DNA of 64,000 bases from Amphiscolops sp. MND2022 (lineage: Eukaryota). Every line of letters starts with the position of its first letter. Position 1 is the first letter of the stretch. The position numbers and the translations under genes were made by a program. The notes beneath the pieces are model-generated. The model saw only the letters and a list, made by a program, of their open reading frames with translations, was not told the DNA's origin and did not search any database. Of the stretch, positions 37,441 through 50,030 are shown piece after piece. Where the stretch lies: contig CAXLNC010001105.1 in assembly GCA_964187785.1 (NCBI GenBank), positions 1 to 64,000 on the forward strand. The letters run 5' to 3'.

Positions 37441-39356
37441 CCTCCATTTCATTTCTTTTTCATATCAATACGGCCGACTCTGGAGATATTACTCTCCGAC
37501 ATCTTTCAGCAGTAGCAGTTGGAGGCAAATCCTGAGAGAGAACAATGAAGGAGAGACATACATCTAGAGTGCCATCATAAATTTGAATGAATATCAAGAG
37601 GTTGAGGTCCAAGTTGAAATGTTTCGTGTGCACTGAAGTGGGCTAAAAATTTTCCAGGAGTGTATGTGTAATCCAAGCCATCAAAAGGTTTAATGGGATC
37701 GGAGAGAAGCGAAGAGGGTTAGGGGGTAAAGGAGGAGGAAAAAAGGTTGAGGGTAAAGTTGAGGCTGGAGTAATGCGTCAGGATCATATTATGTAGTAGG
37801 AGGATTAGAAGTGGAAGGGAGAGGGTTCAAAGAAGTATTGTGAGATGTTAAACGAGTAGATTGAGGGTAGTGATTTGAAGACGAAAGAGTTTGATGAAAG
37901 GAGGGTAGGGAATGATGAGATTGTGGTTTTGTGGTTGTGTTGTGATAGTATTATGAAAAAAAAAGAAGAATTGGAGGAAAGGGTTGGTGTCCTGGTGAAG
38001 AAATGGAAGGTTGGGTTGTAATAGGTTGTGTCAAAGGGCGTGAAGGAGGATCTAAGGTTGGAGAAGTAGTACCATTAGCATGAGTGGATACTAAAACATT
38101 TAATGTTGATGGCAGCGTTTGTAAGGAAACATCAGAGGCAGTGTAAATAGATTAAGGTGGAGGAATATGTTTTACATAAGGTCCAACAGGAAGAGCAAGC
38201 TCAAGACTTTTATCAAGACTATGACTCTCAAATGTGAGCTGAGTGAAGTGAGTAACAGGAAAATAAAAGTGGTTATGTTATACTAATGAGAGTGACAGTT
38301 TTTATTGTTGGCATTAAAACGTAAAAGTTCATAGTGAGAATATTGTGAAAGAAAATTAGTACAGGCAACTTTCGGCTCCCAAACGAGTTGTTAATTATGT
38401 CTATAAAACTTTCGGAGAACGAGAGAGTAGATGCAAATTTATTCTCTTGTTTGTGTATTTAGCGTGAGGTTCTGGAAAAAGTGGTATTGAAAAGGATGGA
38501 CTCGAAGAATACAAGTGGTAAGCCAGTGATGAGGGTTATTTTCAATTGTGCGGAGTTGTTCAAAAGATGGAAGATCAACAAAAGACTCTTTTTGGAGGAA
38601 AGCTTGTATGGCAGATGGAGCAAAAACATGTTGAGGTAGAATATTATTCTTTTCAGAGAGATTTTTGAGAACAATTGAGAAAACTTGATGCTGGGTATGT
38701 GTTTTTACAAAAATCATCAGTAGGGTTAAGAGGAGAGGTGGAAGGAATGGATAAAGAAGGTTCATCATGAGTTTCTACTGAAGACTTTGTATCTAGACAA
38801 TGAAGATATGAGTTGTGATGTTGATAGTGTATGTTTCGAAAAGAAGAGGAACAGTTCAGTTGTGAATAAGGTTCTTAAGGAACTTGGTAAGGATTTGAGC
38901 AGTGTCTCGTGAAAGACGATGATGAGTGTGATCAAAGAAAAAGGGAAGAGGAATAACAGGAGGAGGTGCGTGAGTCATTGTGAGTTGCGGTGAGGGTAAA
39001 TCGTTAACCAAATTCGGTGGAAGATAATATCATGGTGGAGAGAAAGTTCTGTTGGCAGTGTATAAAAACATCGATGGCGTTTAACGAGAAAAAAATTGAC
39101 AGTGGAAGAGGAAGAGTGGATAAAAATAGTGTGTAGAAGAGTATAGAAAATGTCACTAGTATAAGTTGTGAGGAAGCGATGATCGGGTTTGGGTTTAAAC
39201 AGAAAAGAAGCATGAAATTGAAGTGAGATTATGATTTAAAAACTGAGGATACAGTTTAAACAAAAAGAAGATGAGATTAGGTAAGTTAAATTTTTTCTTC
39301 AATAAAGGGATGGGAGGAAATGAGACTATGAGGAAGGTAATGAGATCAATAAAAAA

Positions 39357-40143
39357 TGTGATGCAACTATTGTTTCAACAAGGAGCATGAGAAAAAACAA
39401 GCAATACAAAAACATATGAGACAAAGACGATGATCGCAAAAAGTCCAAAACTATAAATCGAAAAAATACAAACAGAATTATTTAAAGAAGGCGGTAAAGT
39501 GTAGAAAACAAGTGATGAAAATTAGTTGTACCAACGAAAATGTTGAGTCAAAGACTATTTGGTTAGTACAGAGGGCAAATGAACCAACAAAGTTAAATCA
39601 AAGATGGATAAAACCGACGGGATGTCGAATCAGCTTGAATAGTACAGAAGTTATAAGCTTGTACCAACTACGAGGTCAAACTATTCTCGAAGAATAATTA
39701 GAACTGAAGAAATGAATTTGTACAAGCAGAATTTGCTGAATCACACTCAGTGATTATTACAGATGGTGGTGTACCAACAGGATCTCGTATCACCTTTGTG
39801 ATTAGTCTAGAAAATATTTTGTAACGTTAGAAATATCGAACCACAACAGTTAGTACAGAAGGAAAGGATGATAAGGAAAACCGGAAAGAATTGAATCCTT
39901 GTGGCACCAGATTTACAAACTTGTTGTTGTTTAGATTGTTCCCGATTTGGATCAATACTTTAATAAACACTAACAGACCTGCAGTATTGGGTCCGAGTTA
40001 TTGTGACAACTGGATAGTAGAAGATTTATTTAAGTTGTGAATGGCTCCAAGCAAAAGTGCTTCAAGCACATGAAAGATATGTTGAATACAATTTATGTAT
40101 TCTTTATTATTCATAGCAATGCGCACAAGTCGAGACTTTTAGG
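39357..40143 (-). repeat. E3 5' LTR (outer end interrupted)
   Basis: Begins tgtgatgcaac on +. Aligns (~70% by eye) with the reverse complement of the E4 LTR almost to its end. Confidence 0.7.
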
Positions 40144-40886
40144 TGTTACGACTTTTACATGGGTCGTTGTTTTAAGTAGCGTTTATCTTTACTCATCTTG
40201 TTGGAATGTAAGCACCTCTTTTTTTGTCTCATAACATTTCGTCTCCTCCTCTTATGTTTTCTCCTGTTTTAGGTTTTAACAACTTCAACAACTCTCTTTG
40301 GGATTCTAACAGAATACCTTTAATTTCGAATGTTAATTCTTTCTTCAAAGAGGCTCTCAGGCTTTCAAAAACGCTATTTCCGATTCTGGTCGACTTGGCG
40401 TTTGAAGGAACCGCGACAGTTACGTCTTGTTCAACCGGTTTTAAATTTTCAACTAAGACTGGAGCAGCTAAACTCTCACTTACACCTTCGAGATTTTCTT
40501 GTTGATTGTTCTTTATTTTCTGTCTTCTTGTCGACATTTTAACGAAATTATTTGAGCGTTTGAGATTTTGAGTTGGTGTTGTGAAATATGAAGTCTTATG
40601 GTAAAGACAGTTCAAAGGTTGAGAATTGAATTTACAGAATAACAGTTGTTTTCAAAGACAAAAGACTGAGTCCCTCAGTTTAAAAAGCCCAAGATAAACA
40701 ACCTTCCTAGCATCAATTGATTACGATTGCATACGTAAATTCTCCTCGAACAATTAGTCATTTCCTGTATTTTAGAGGAATAATTATTTTTGGTTCCCAA
40801 ATTACGTCGACATTTCGTCAAGTTTCAAGACACCAAGATATAAATCAAGCATGATCATATCATTGAACTCCGGCGACGCATCAACA
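40144..40886 (-). mobile_element. Solo LTR encoding a Gag N-terminus
   Basis: Starts tgttacgac like the LTR at 689 and contains MSTRRQKIKNNQQENLEGVSESL... (ORF 40229-40615). Right end gacgcatcaaca is tentative; no TSD found. Confidence 0.6.
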
Positions 40887-41640
40887 AGCAGTTACTAATA
40901 TTGCGTAAAACAATTTGATAACTGTTGGAATAATAATTTTTTAATACATATGAGGTATTACTACAACACACGTGATAATTGAGTTCATTTAGTCACAACT
41001 AGAAGACGACGATTTCTGTATTCCAAAGTGATTTCTATTTCAAATCTGCCTATATTCTTTTTTGAGAGATAATTTTTCGATATGATTCGACTTGGATTAG
41101 CTTATGCTCTTGAGTGGAAGACTTATTTTAACCTAGTTTGCAGCTGGAGAATGTTTTGTCTCGACGTGGCTGGAACGTCTTAGCGGAAATGCTTGTAATT
41201 ATTTCAATTTGTTCATTGCGCACTACTGAAAATCCCATTAGCGATCAAAAAACCACTTTTGGTATTCTTTCTACCTTTACAAGTTTAGGAAAAGTTGTTT
41301 CAGCGCGAGACTTGATCCCACATGTCTCGGTTTTCCAGATCCCATCACCAGAGATACCCGCGTTAACCTCCATTCCAAGTTGAAGCACTTACTAGTTTCC
41401 CACCACATATGGATCTATTGGCAGAAACTGTTAGAAAAAATTGGAAAATAATTGAATATTCCGAGCTGAACGAACAGAGACCCTTTGATTCATAAGATTG
41501 TATTTTGGGTTCTAATGTTAGTTAGATTTCAGAATGTAAATTTTTCTACCTTGTTTCAAGTGAAACGAAAGTCGCGTCAAGAAAAAATTTCATCTCATGC
41601 ATCAATATTAATTAAGAACGAGTGAAACTTCTATTATTCC

Positions 41641-42353
41641 TGTGATGTGACACTTAATTATCCCCCCACCCATTGTCTGAATGTCTACACTGGTACGCAC
41701 TGCTTTGAATTTTAATGTACATCTCCTTTGTATTCAATACTTATTCTGTCATTAAAGCTTGATTTGTAACTCTTCACAACAATATAGAACGTTCTACAAT
41801 CAAGTTGTCACTTCGGATCTAATACGGCAGCTCTGTTAGCGTTCCTTAAAGTACTGTCAAACTCTGAAATATTCTGAAATAAACAGGTCCGATATCCTCC
41901 AAGATGGTACACATTTCCTTCTTCTGTACAAATCACAATGAAGTGACAACTTCTTGAAGTGAGTCTGTATTAACAATTCTTGAAAAGTGGTTCGACCTCG
42001 TACAAGTTAATATCTTCTGCACTGATCACCAAAAATGATTCAGCAAATTTGCTGGTACAAATTCAACCCTTTTGTCCTAATCAAGTTGGTTCGACATCCC
42101 GTCGGTACAGTTCCAGTTCTAACCGTCTTTGATTCGACATTTTCGTCGGTTTATCCTTCTTCTGTACTAACCAAAATATTCTTTGGTTCAACATTTCTGT
42201 TGGTGCAAATAATTTCATCGCTTTTTATACAATTTCATGCCTTCTTTTAATGATTCCGTTTGTATTCTTGTAATTCATCATCCTTTTTGTTTTGTATATC
42301 TTCGCAATGCTTGTTTTTCTAAAGCTTCTTGTTGAAAAAGTCGTTGCATCACG
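41641..42353 (+). repeat. E4 5' LTR
   Basis: TGTGATGTGAC...GTTGCATCAC(G), followed by ttttaattgatctc as after the E3 LTR. Confidence 0.75.
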
Positions 42354-45300
42354 TTTTAATTGATCTCTTTTCCTTTCTCATAGTCTCTTTTCCCCCATTT
42401 CTATATAAAAACAAGCTTTATTTGAATCACCTTTCATTTCTATTTCAACTCTCAGTTTTTATCCTAACCTCGTCTCATTATTTCATGCTTCTCCTTCCTT
42501 TAAATAATAACCCTTTCATTGCTCTCTGATAACTCCTAGTAATCACTTTTTCAGACTCCTCTTTACGTTCTCTATATCCTCTCATCTTCTTCCACTGCCA
42601 GTTTATTCTCCCTAAACTCCATTGATACTTTCGCACTCCACCCTACACAAAACATACTCTTCAACCCCCATCTTTTGACACTACCTCTGATATTTCTTTA
42701 CAAACTCTTCCCTAATCCTCAAGTGTCTTAGTAGTCACTAATCATATTGCTACACCTCCTCCAAATTTAGATCCTCACCACCGCCTCCCTTACAACAACC
42801 CATCACTACTCAACCTTCAGTTTCTCATTCACTACGCGAAATTATTACTCCTTCTAACACTCCTCCAACCAATCCTATTACTACTCAAATTTTTATCTCA
42901 AACAATCATCAAACCCTTCCTTGAATTGCTATATCTTTCAATCCAACTGTCACTACTCAACCCCCATCTCACTCTTCTATACACTCATTTCCTGCAACTC
43001 TTTCATCTTGTAATCAAAACACTCAATCATCTTTTACCACAACTCGAAACCCTTCGTTGAACCATCTCACTTCCACTTCAAACCCTCCTCCTACATCCTA
43101 TGATCCAACCACATCACTCCACCCGGGTTTTGATAGTTATCCTCCATTTTATTTTCCCCCTCCTTTACCTCCTAACCCTCTCCAACCATCCAATTCTACA
43201 TACCATTTCAATGCTGCTTCTTCCCAACCTCCTCCATCTGTTTTGCAAATGACTCCTGTTCCTTTTGCTGCTCTTTCCGATCCCATTAAACGTTTTGATG
43301 TCTTGGATCACAATACCCTCCTGAAATGTTCCTAACTCTGCTATAATTTAAAAGTCTTTGCTAACAAACGCCAAGTTCAAAATATTTCTAGTTCATCTGA
43401 ACCATCTTTTCATTTTCATTCTCTTGTCAATATGGTTGACTTTGAAGACATTTCCCTTAAAAGAACCTCAAAAAAAAACAATTTTTACTCGAAATTAACA
43501 CTGTCTCCGACACACTTCAGGAAAAAACTTCTATTGAAGAAAATGCTTCGGAATCTCAACAATTACAACAGTAGATCCCAATGAAAAGTCTCATTTTAAA
43601 AAAAATGCTTCTTCTGCCATAAATATAACCATTCTGTTTCTACCTCTTACCGTAGATTCAATATGCTTAAAGAATCTAAAACTCAATCGAATCACCTACT
43701 CCTTCATTCTATCAACAATTCAGAACTGCAAACAAAAAAATATTACTGGAACTCCTTGTTATCGTAGTCGAAGTAAGAGTAACCATTATCGAAAACTCTC
43801 TGAAGAATCTTGATACAAATCTCGTTCATCCTCTCGCTCCAACTCTCGTCCAAAATATTTTAATGAACAATCTCCTCATAATCATTTTTCATACTATGAT
43901 CGTAATCAATCTCGCTATGATCAATATTATAGAAAATCCCTTCACAATTATATTATACCTCTCGCCCAAAATACAATTCTACATGTTCTTGTAATTCCGA
44001 TAAATTTTACCATCATTTCCGTGAACGCTCCTCCACTTGTTATAATAATAACTCATCATCCAGTCAATATAAATTACCATTTAGTTCACACTTTAGACAA
44101 CGTACTGATCGTTATTGAAGTCGATTACACTCAAAGTCTAATGCACACCCAATTATACCTACAAACGCTTTATTGATCTAACTCAAAAACCTTCTTCATC
44201 AACTCATAATCAACCCTCTTTAGAACCTAAAGTTGAAATTAGATAAATGTGTCACCCAACCACGTCTTCTCACATGACATCTGCCAATCTCTTGACAACT
44301 TCTTGAAGTGAGTCTGTATTAACAATTCTTGAAAAGTGGTTCGACCTCGTACAAGTTAGTATCTTCTGCACTGATCACCAAAAATGATTCAGCAAATTTG
44401 CTGGTACAAATTCAACCCTTTTGTCCTTATCAAGTTGGTTCGACATCCCGTCGGTACAGTTCCAGTTCTAACCGTCTTTGATTCGACATTTTCGTCGGTT
44501 TATCCTTCTTCTGTACTAACCAAAATATTCTTTGGTTCAACATTTCTGTTGGTACAACTAATTTCATCGCTTTTTATACAATTTCATGCCTTCTTTTAAT
44601 GATTCCGTTTGTATTCTTGTAATTCATCATCCTTTTTGTTTTGTATATCTTCGCAATGCTTGTTTTTCTAAAGCTTCTTGTTGAAAAAGTCGTTGCATCA
44701 CGTTTTAATTGATCTCTTTTCCTTTCTCATAGTCTCTTTTCCCCCATTTCTATATAAAAACAAGCTTTATTTGAATCACCTTTCATTTCTATTTCAACTC
44801 TCAGTTTTTATCCTAACCTCGTCTCATTATTTCATGCTTCTCCTTCCTTTAAATAATAACCCTTTCATTGCTCTCTGAAAACTCCTAGTAATCACTTTTT
44901 CAGACTCCTCTTTACGTTCTCTATATCCTCTCATCTTCTTCCACTGCCAGTTTTTTCTCCCTAAACTCCATTGATACTTTCGCACTCCACCCTACACAAA
45001 ACATACTCTTCAACCCCCATCTTTTGACACTACCTCTGATATTTCTTTACAAACTCTTCCCTAATCCTCAAGTGTCTTAGTAGTCACTAATCATATTGCT
45101 ACACCTCCTCCAAATTTAGATCCTCACCACCGCCTCCCTTACAACAACCCATCACTACTCAACCTTCAGTTTCTCATTCACCACGCGAAATTATTACTCC
45201 TTCTAACACTCCTCCAACCAATCCTATTACTACTCAAATTTTTATCTCAAACATTCATCAAACCCTTCCTTGAATTGCTATATCTTTCAATCCAACTGTC

Positions 45301-46639
45301 ACTACTCAACACCCATCTCACTCTTCTATACACTCATTTCCTGCAACTCTTTCATCTTGTAATCAAAACACTCAATCATCTTTTACCACAACTCGAAACC
45401 CTTCGTTGAACCATCTCACTTCCACTTCAAACCCTCCTCCTACATCCTATGATCCAACCACATCACTCCACCCAGGTTTTGATAGTTATCCTCCATTTTA
45501 TTTTCCCCCTCCTTTACCTCCTAACCCTCTCCAACCATCCAATTCTACATACCATTTCAATGCTGCTTCTTCCCAACCTCCTCCATCTGTTTTGCAAATG
45601 ACTCCTGTTCCTTTTGCTGCTCTTTCCGATCCCATTAAACGTTTTGATGTCTTGGATCACAATACCCTCCTGAAATGTTCCTAACTCTGCTATAATTTAA
45701 AAGTCTTTGCTAACAAACGCCAAGTTCAAAATATTTCTAGTTCATCTGAACCATCTTTTCATTTTCATTCTCTTGTCAATATGGTTGACTTTGAAGACAT
45801 TTCCCTTAAAAGAACCTCAAAAAAACAATTTTTACTCGAAATTAACACTGTCTCCGACACACTTCAGGAAAAAACTTCTATTGAAGAAAATGCTTCGGAA
45901 TCTCAACAATTACAACAGTAGATCCCAATAAAACGTCTCATTTAAAAAAAATGCTTCTTCTGCCATAAATATAACCATTCTGTTTCTACCTCTTAGCGTA
46001 GATTCAATATGCTTAAAGAATCTAAAACTCAATCGAAATCACCTACTCCTTCATTCTATCAACAATTCAGAACTGCAAACAAAAAAAATAATACTCGAAC
46101 TCCTTGTTATCGTAGTCGAAGTAAGAGTAACCATTATCGAAAACTCTCTGAAGAATCTTGATACAAATCTCGTTCATCCTCTCGCTCCAACTCTCGTCCA
46201 AAATATTTTAATGAACAATCTCCTCATAATCATTTTTCATACTATGATCGTAATCAATCTCGCTATGATCAATATTATAGAAAATCCCTTCACAATTATA
46301 TTATACCTCTCGCCCAAAATACAATTCTACATGTTCTTGTAATTCCGATAAATTTTACCATCATTTCCGTGAACGCTCCTCCACTTGTTATAATAATAAC
46401 TCATCATCCAGTCGATATAAATTACCATTTAGTTCACACTTTAGACAACGTACTGATCGTTATTGAAGTCGATTACACTCAAAGTCTAATGCACACCCAA
46501 TTATACCTACAAACGCTTTATTGATCTAACTCAAAAACCTTCTTCATCAACTCATAATCAACCCTCTTTAGAACCTAAAGTTGAAATTAGATAAATGTGT
46601 CACCCAACCACGTCTTCTCACATGACATCTGCCAATCTC
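41944..46639 (+). repeat. 2.35-kb head-to-tail tandem duplication (LTR 3' part plus gag)
   Basis: Copies 41944-44292 and 44293-46639. ORF-track proteins recur at an offset of 2349. About 99% identical by eye. Confidence 0.95.
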
Positions 46640-46989
46640 ACAATCAATCATGCCCACGCTATTACTCCTTCTACTTGGTTTGTCGATCTAAACATCTTCA
46701 AACCGAAACGACATGAAGACTCCTCTTCACCTTCTAAACTAGAGTTTTTGTTACTGATTCCTGCGAGACAGCGGCTGTTCCATCTGTGGTTTAAACTTTC
46801 CCACATTCACAAAACTCGCTAATAATTTTCCTAGATGTTCAAAATCTGATCCTTCCACTACTGATTTCAAACTCTCACCATTACGATACATATCCCCACA
46901 AGCAAGTTCCCACATCTTGCGACTTGCATTAATAACCAATCACAGTGAGTTATTTTTATAAATACAGATTTATACTTTTCTCATATTAC

Positions 46990-48745
46990 ACCAAGTGATA
47001 ATTGGTTCAACTGAATGACTAGAATACACTAATTGACTGGTTTACACTATTTTCCGGTTTAAATATTTACACTAATTGACTGCATTACGTACTTATGCAG
47101 TAAAAAGTACTTTGAATAAATTACGCGATTTTCCACTACACACTCTAACTGAATTACGACGTCTCAGTAATTACGTGGTATGAATTAGTCAAACAGTGTA
47201 GCGAGTAGCGAACTTGACTATTTTACGCATTCCTCTTCACTACGATAGGAAGAGCCCACATCGAAAGATCACTGCCCCACTGCATCCCTTTTGATGTCCA
47301 TTTTTGTTTGGGATTTCATCCTCTCTGAGACACAAATCGACTTTAAAACCTCAAAATGCAAATGTTTTGTTTGATATTGTTTTAAGTTGAAGCATCACTA
47401 CTCGACCCACGATTGGAACATTTTTATAAATTTCAATTCTCAATAATTCTATCAAAATTCCTTTTTTGTTAAATTGGATCCTCCAGATAAATTGAATTTA
47501 TTAATCAGATGAAATGAATCCAATCTGATCTTACCAAGTCACGGATAGATTCAGATGAAAAAAATGGGTCAATATCACTTGCAATGAGTTAATATGAAAT
47601 GAATTTCAAAACCTGAAATCAGTAAATTAAATTAGGTTCATATGAAAGGAGTTTCATTTACATGCATTATCAGATTTTGTTACTGTGCAAATTCACATTC
47701 AAATTTGAATGATGAATGAATGAGTTTCGATTACTGGCATGGTCATATTGAATTTAATAATTTGATTTTAGTTTGAATAACTGGCAAGATTAGATTTGAT
47801 TACTGTTAAGATCCGCGAATAAGTTCACATTCAAACGACTTCTTTCAATGTGAATTTATTCGCAAATCTTACTAGTAATCAAATCTAATCTTGCCAGTTA
47901 TTCAAACTTAAACTTTTTATTATCTGAGTTTGAGTTTGCATCGGATGCGAATGATTGAATTTTGATTACTGATCATTAATGATCAGAGAGAATTTATGCA
48001 ATTTGTTAAACATGGCAACGTATTATTTTACATTTATTAACATGCGTGTGTTAGCACAATGCTCTACTTCAATGCTTGATGTTTCAGTTAAAGTCCGAAA
48101 CCATCAGTATTGAATGAATTTTAAGTGATTCGAACTCAATCACGAGATTTCAAATCAAAAAATTTGTTTAAAATTTTGCTTACTGTCAAGAACAGTCAGC
48201 AATTATTTCAAATCATTAAACTTTACAATGACATAATTACTTACGCTGGAAGACTAGAATTAGTTTGCATGTGTTATCTAATGTAAACTTCACTGTGTGT
48301 GTGTATGTATGTGTTAATGTACGCATGCGTTAAATAGAGAATCGCGTAATTCAGTCAAAGTTAATGTAAATTTAGTCAAAGTAATTAAACGCCAAGCAAG
48401 TAATCATTGAAAGTTCATGTGCTTGACGTAATTATTAAATTGCCGTAATCCAGTTAAATGTAGACTAATTTACCCTTTTCGGCAGTTCTAAGAATGAATA
48501 GACCTAAAAAGTGAACTTTAATTAAACTTTGACTAAATTACACCTTACTACACCTTACGCAATAAACGAATTTCCACTTTCACAATTTTGACTGTTTTAC
48601 ACCATTTACCAACTACACATTTTGACTAGAATTCAACGCGTTCATATTACACTTTGCTGCACCACTACACTAATGTGTTACTACGGTCCTAGTCAAAGTT
48701 ACACTTGTTGACAATTTGACCCAAAGTACTTTTTACACCAAGTGT
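46990..48745. mobile_element. Non-coding insertion (composite, TIR-bearing) in E4 pol
   Basis: Interrupts pol after the protease. 15-bp inverted repeat GTAAAAAGTACTTTG (47100-47114) / CAAAGTACTTTTTAC (48722-48736), plus internal hairpins. Boundaries approximate. Confidence 0.5.
47770..47908. repeat. Near-perfect hairpin, ~62-bp arms, 15-nt loop
   Basis: agtttgaataactggcaagattagatttgattac...ttcacatt pairs with aatgtgaa...gtaatcaaatctaatcttgccagttattcaaact. Confidence 0.85.
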
Positions 48746-49659
48746 TCACGTTCCACTTTTGCGGGACAAGCATCGTAACGACAGTTGCAAAAAACTGAAG
48801 TCCCCATGTTATTCAATGTCATCCTTACACTGCATACTTCTGTTCATGGAAGTACTCAATATCTCGTTTGCAATGTTCTGGGCAATACAATGTTCTGGGC
48901 AAATATTTCCCTGAGAAGTACTTTCAAAACACTCAAGGTTGAACACAAATCACTCACATTTAATACACCATATGAATGTTATGTCAATACTCTTCCTTTT
49001 AACTCCCATAAAGGGAAAGATTAACCATTTTGCTCTTACATCTATTCTATAAAAGTCTAAAATAAAAAAGTTACACCTAACGCATCTCAAGTGTTTTCTT
49101 TTCCAATTCAACTTACCCTTCCTCTAACTTTCAAAACCTCCGAAAATGAAAATATAATTCCTTCAACTCTACATCCATCTTTCAAAACCTGCTTTTGCTC
49201 TACTTTTAACTTCATCCAAGTTTATCAAAACGTTTAAACTGAACCTAACAGTTAGTCTGTTAAAAATCAGAACGTTACTCATCGCTCTGCGATTCTGTCA
49301 CCAGGATATATTGGCAAATATTGAAGTCCCTGCTACTAATATTAGACCAATAAACTGTAAAGTTATTGATGTCAATCCTCTCATCCACACTATATTTCAT
49401 TCATTTTACCAAGATCTCTCAGAACCCAAACCTCTTGTTCGTCATTCCTCATCCCGAAGAACTATTATTGAAGTCGATGACTTGCAACCTTTCTCAAAAC
49501 CGATCTCTTATTATGTTTCCAAATTCACGAGAAACTCAACAATTTCTTACTAAATTTAATTTTCAATACTCTGCTGTCACTACTGACGAATAATTAAAAC
49601 TCTGCTCCATTTTAGTTAGATAACAACATTGTTATGCTTTTCAACGTAATGATGATGGT

Positions 49660-50030
49660 AAATAAACGTCTAAAGTCGGTGCTATATCTAAAAGCGTTAA
49701 GTTTTTAAATTTGTAAAAAAGGGACCCTTTGGGCTTTTTGAAACTTCAGTATGCCGCAAAACAGTCAAAAAATTTGAAGGGGGACCCTTTGGCGACAAAA
49801 AATTTCAAAAAAATGTAGCAAAGCAGTGCCGAAAAAATTCAAAGGAGGGACCCTGTAGTCTTGTCCGGTTTTGCATCTCGTCCAGTTTTGTACGTTAAAA
49901 ATTGGGTACACGAAAGGGAGAACCCTTTGCACAAACTTAGATGCGTTTCCGCTTGTCGTTCCAGTACTTTAGTAGTTCTGTAAAAAGTGTCGCCTACGCA
50001 TACAGTCTGTGGTCTGACGAAAAAAACTTG
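49660..50030. repeat. MITE-like repeat inserted in E4 pol
   Basis: aagtcggtgctatatctaa end motif and gggaccctt / cagtgccgaaaaaa repeats shared with 57890-58560. Confidence 0.65.

Larger units (their letters stand above)
15940..40143 (-). mobile_element. E3: old env-bearing Ty3/gypsy element, interrupted by E2
   Basis: 5' LTR from 39357 (homologous to the E4 LTR), gag, protease LLDSGASICV (D at ~36130) and RT 34300-35000. RNase H is split by E2 and followed by integrase remnants and an env fragment. Left boundary approximate. Confidence 0.75.

Noticed and set aside
41000-41640. Near-open frames on both strands between the solo LTR and E4
   Set aside because: No recognisable domain or convincing splice pair.
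42035-42529. Hydrophobic membrane-like ORFs in the E4 LTR and leader
   Set aside because: T-rich composition explains them; not conserved in frame in the E3 LTR.
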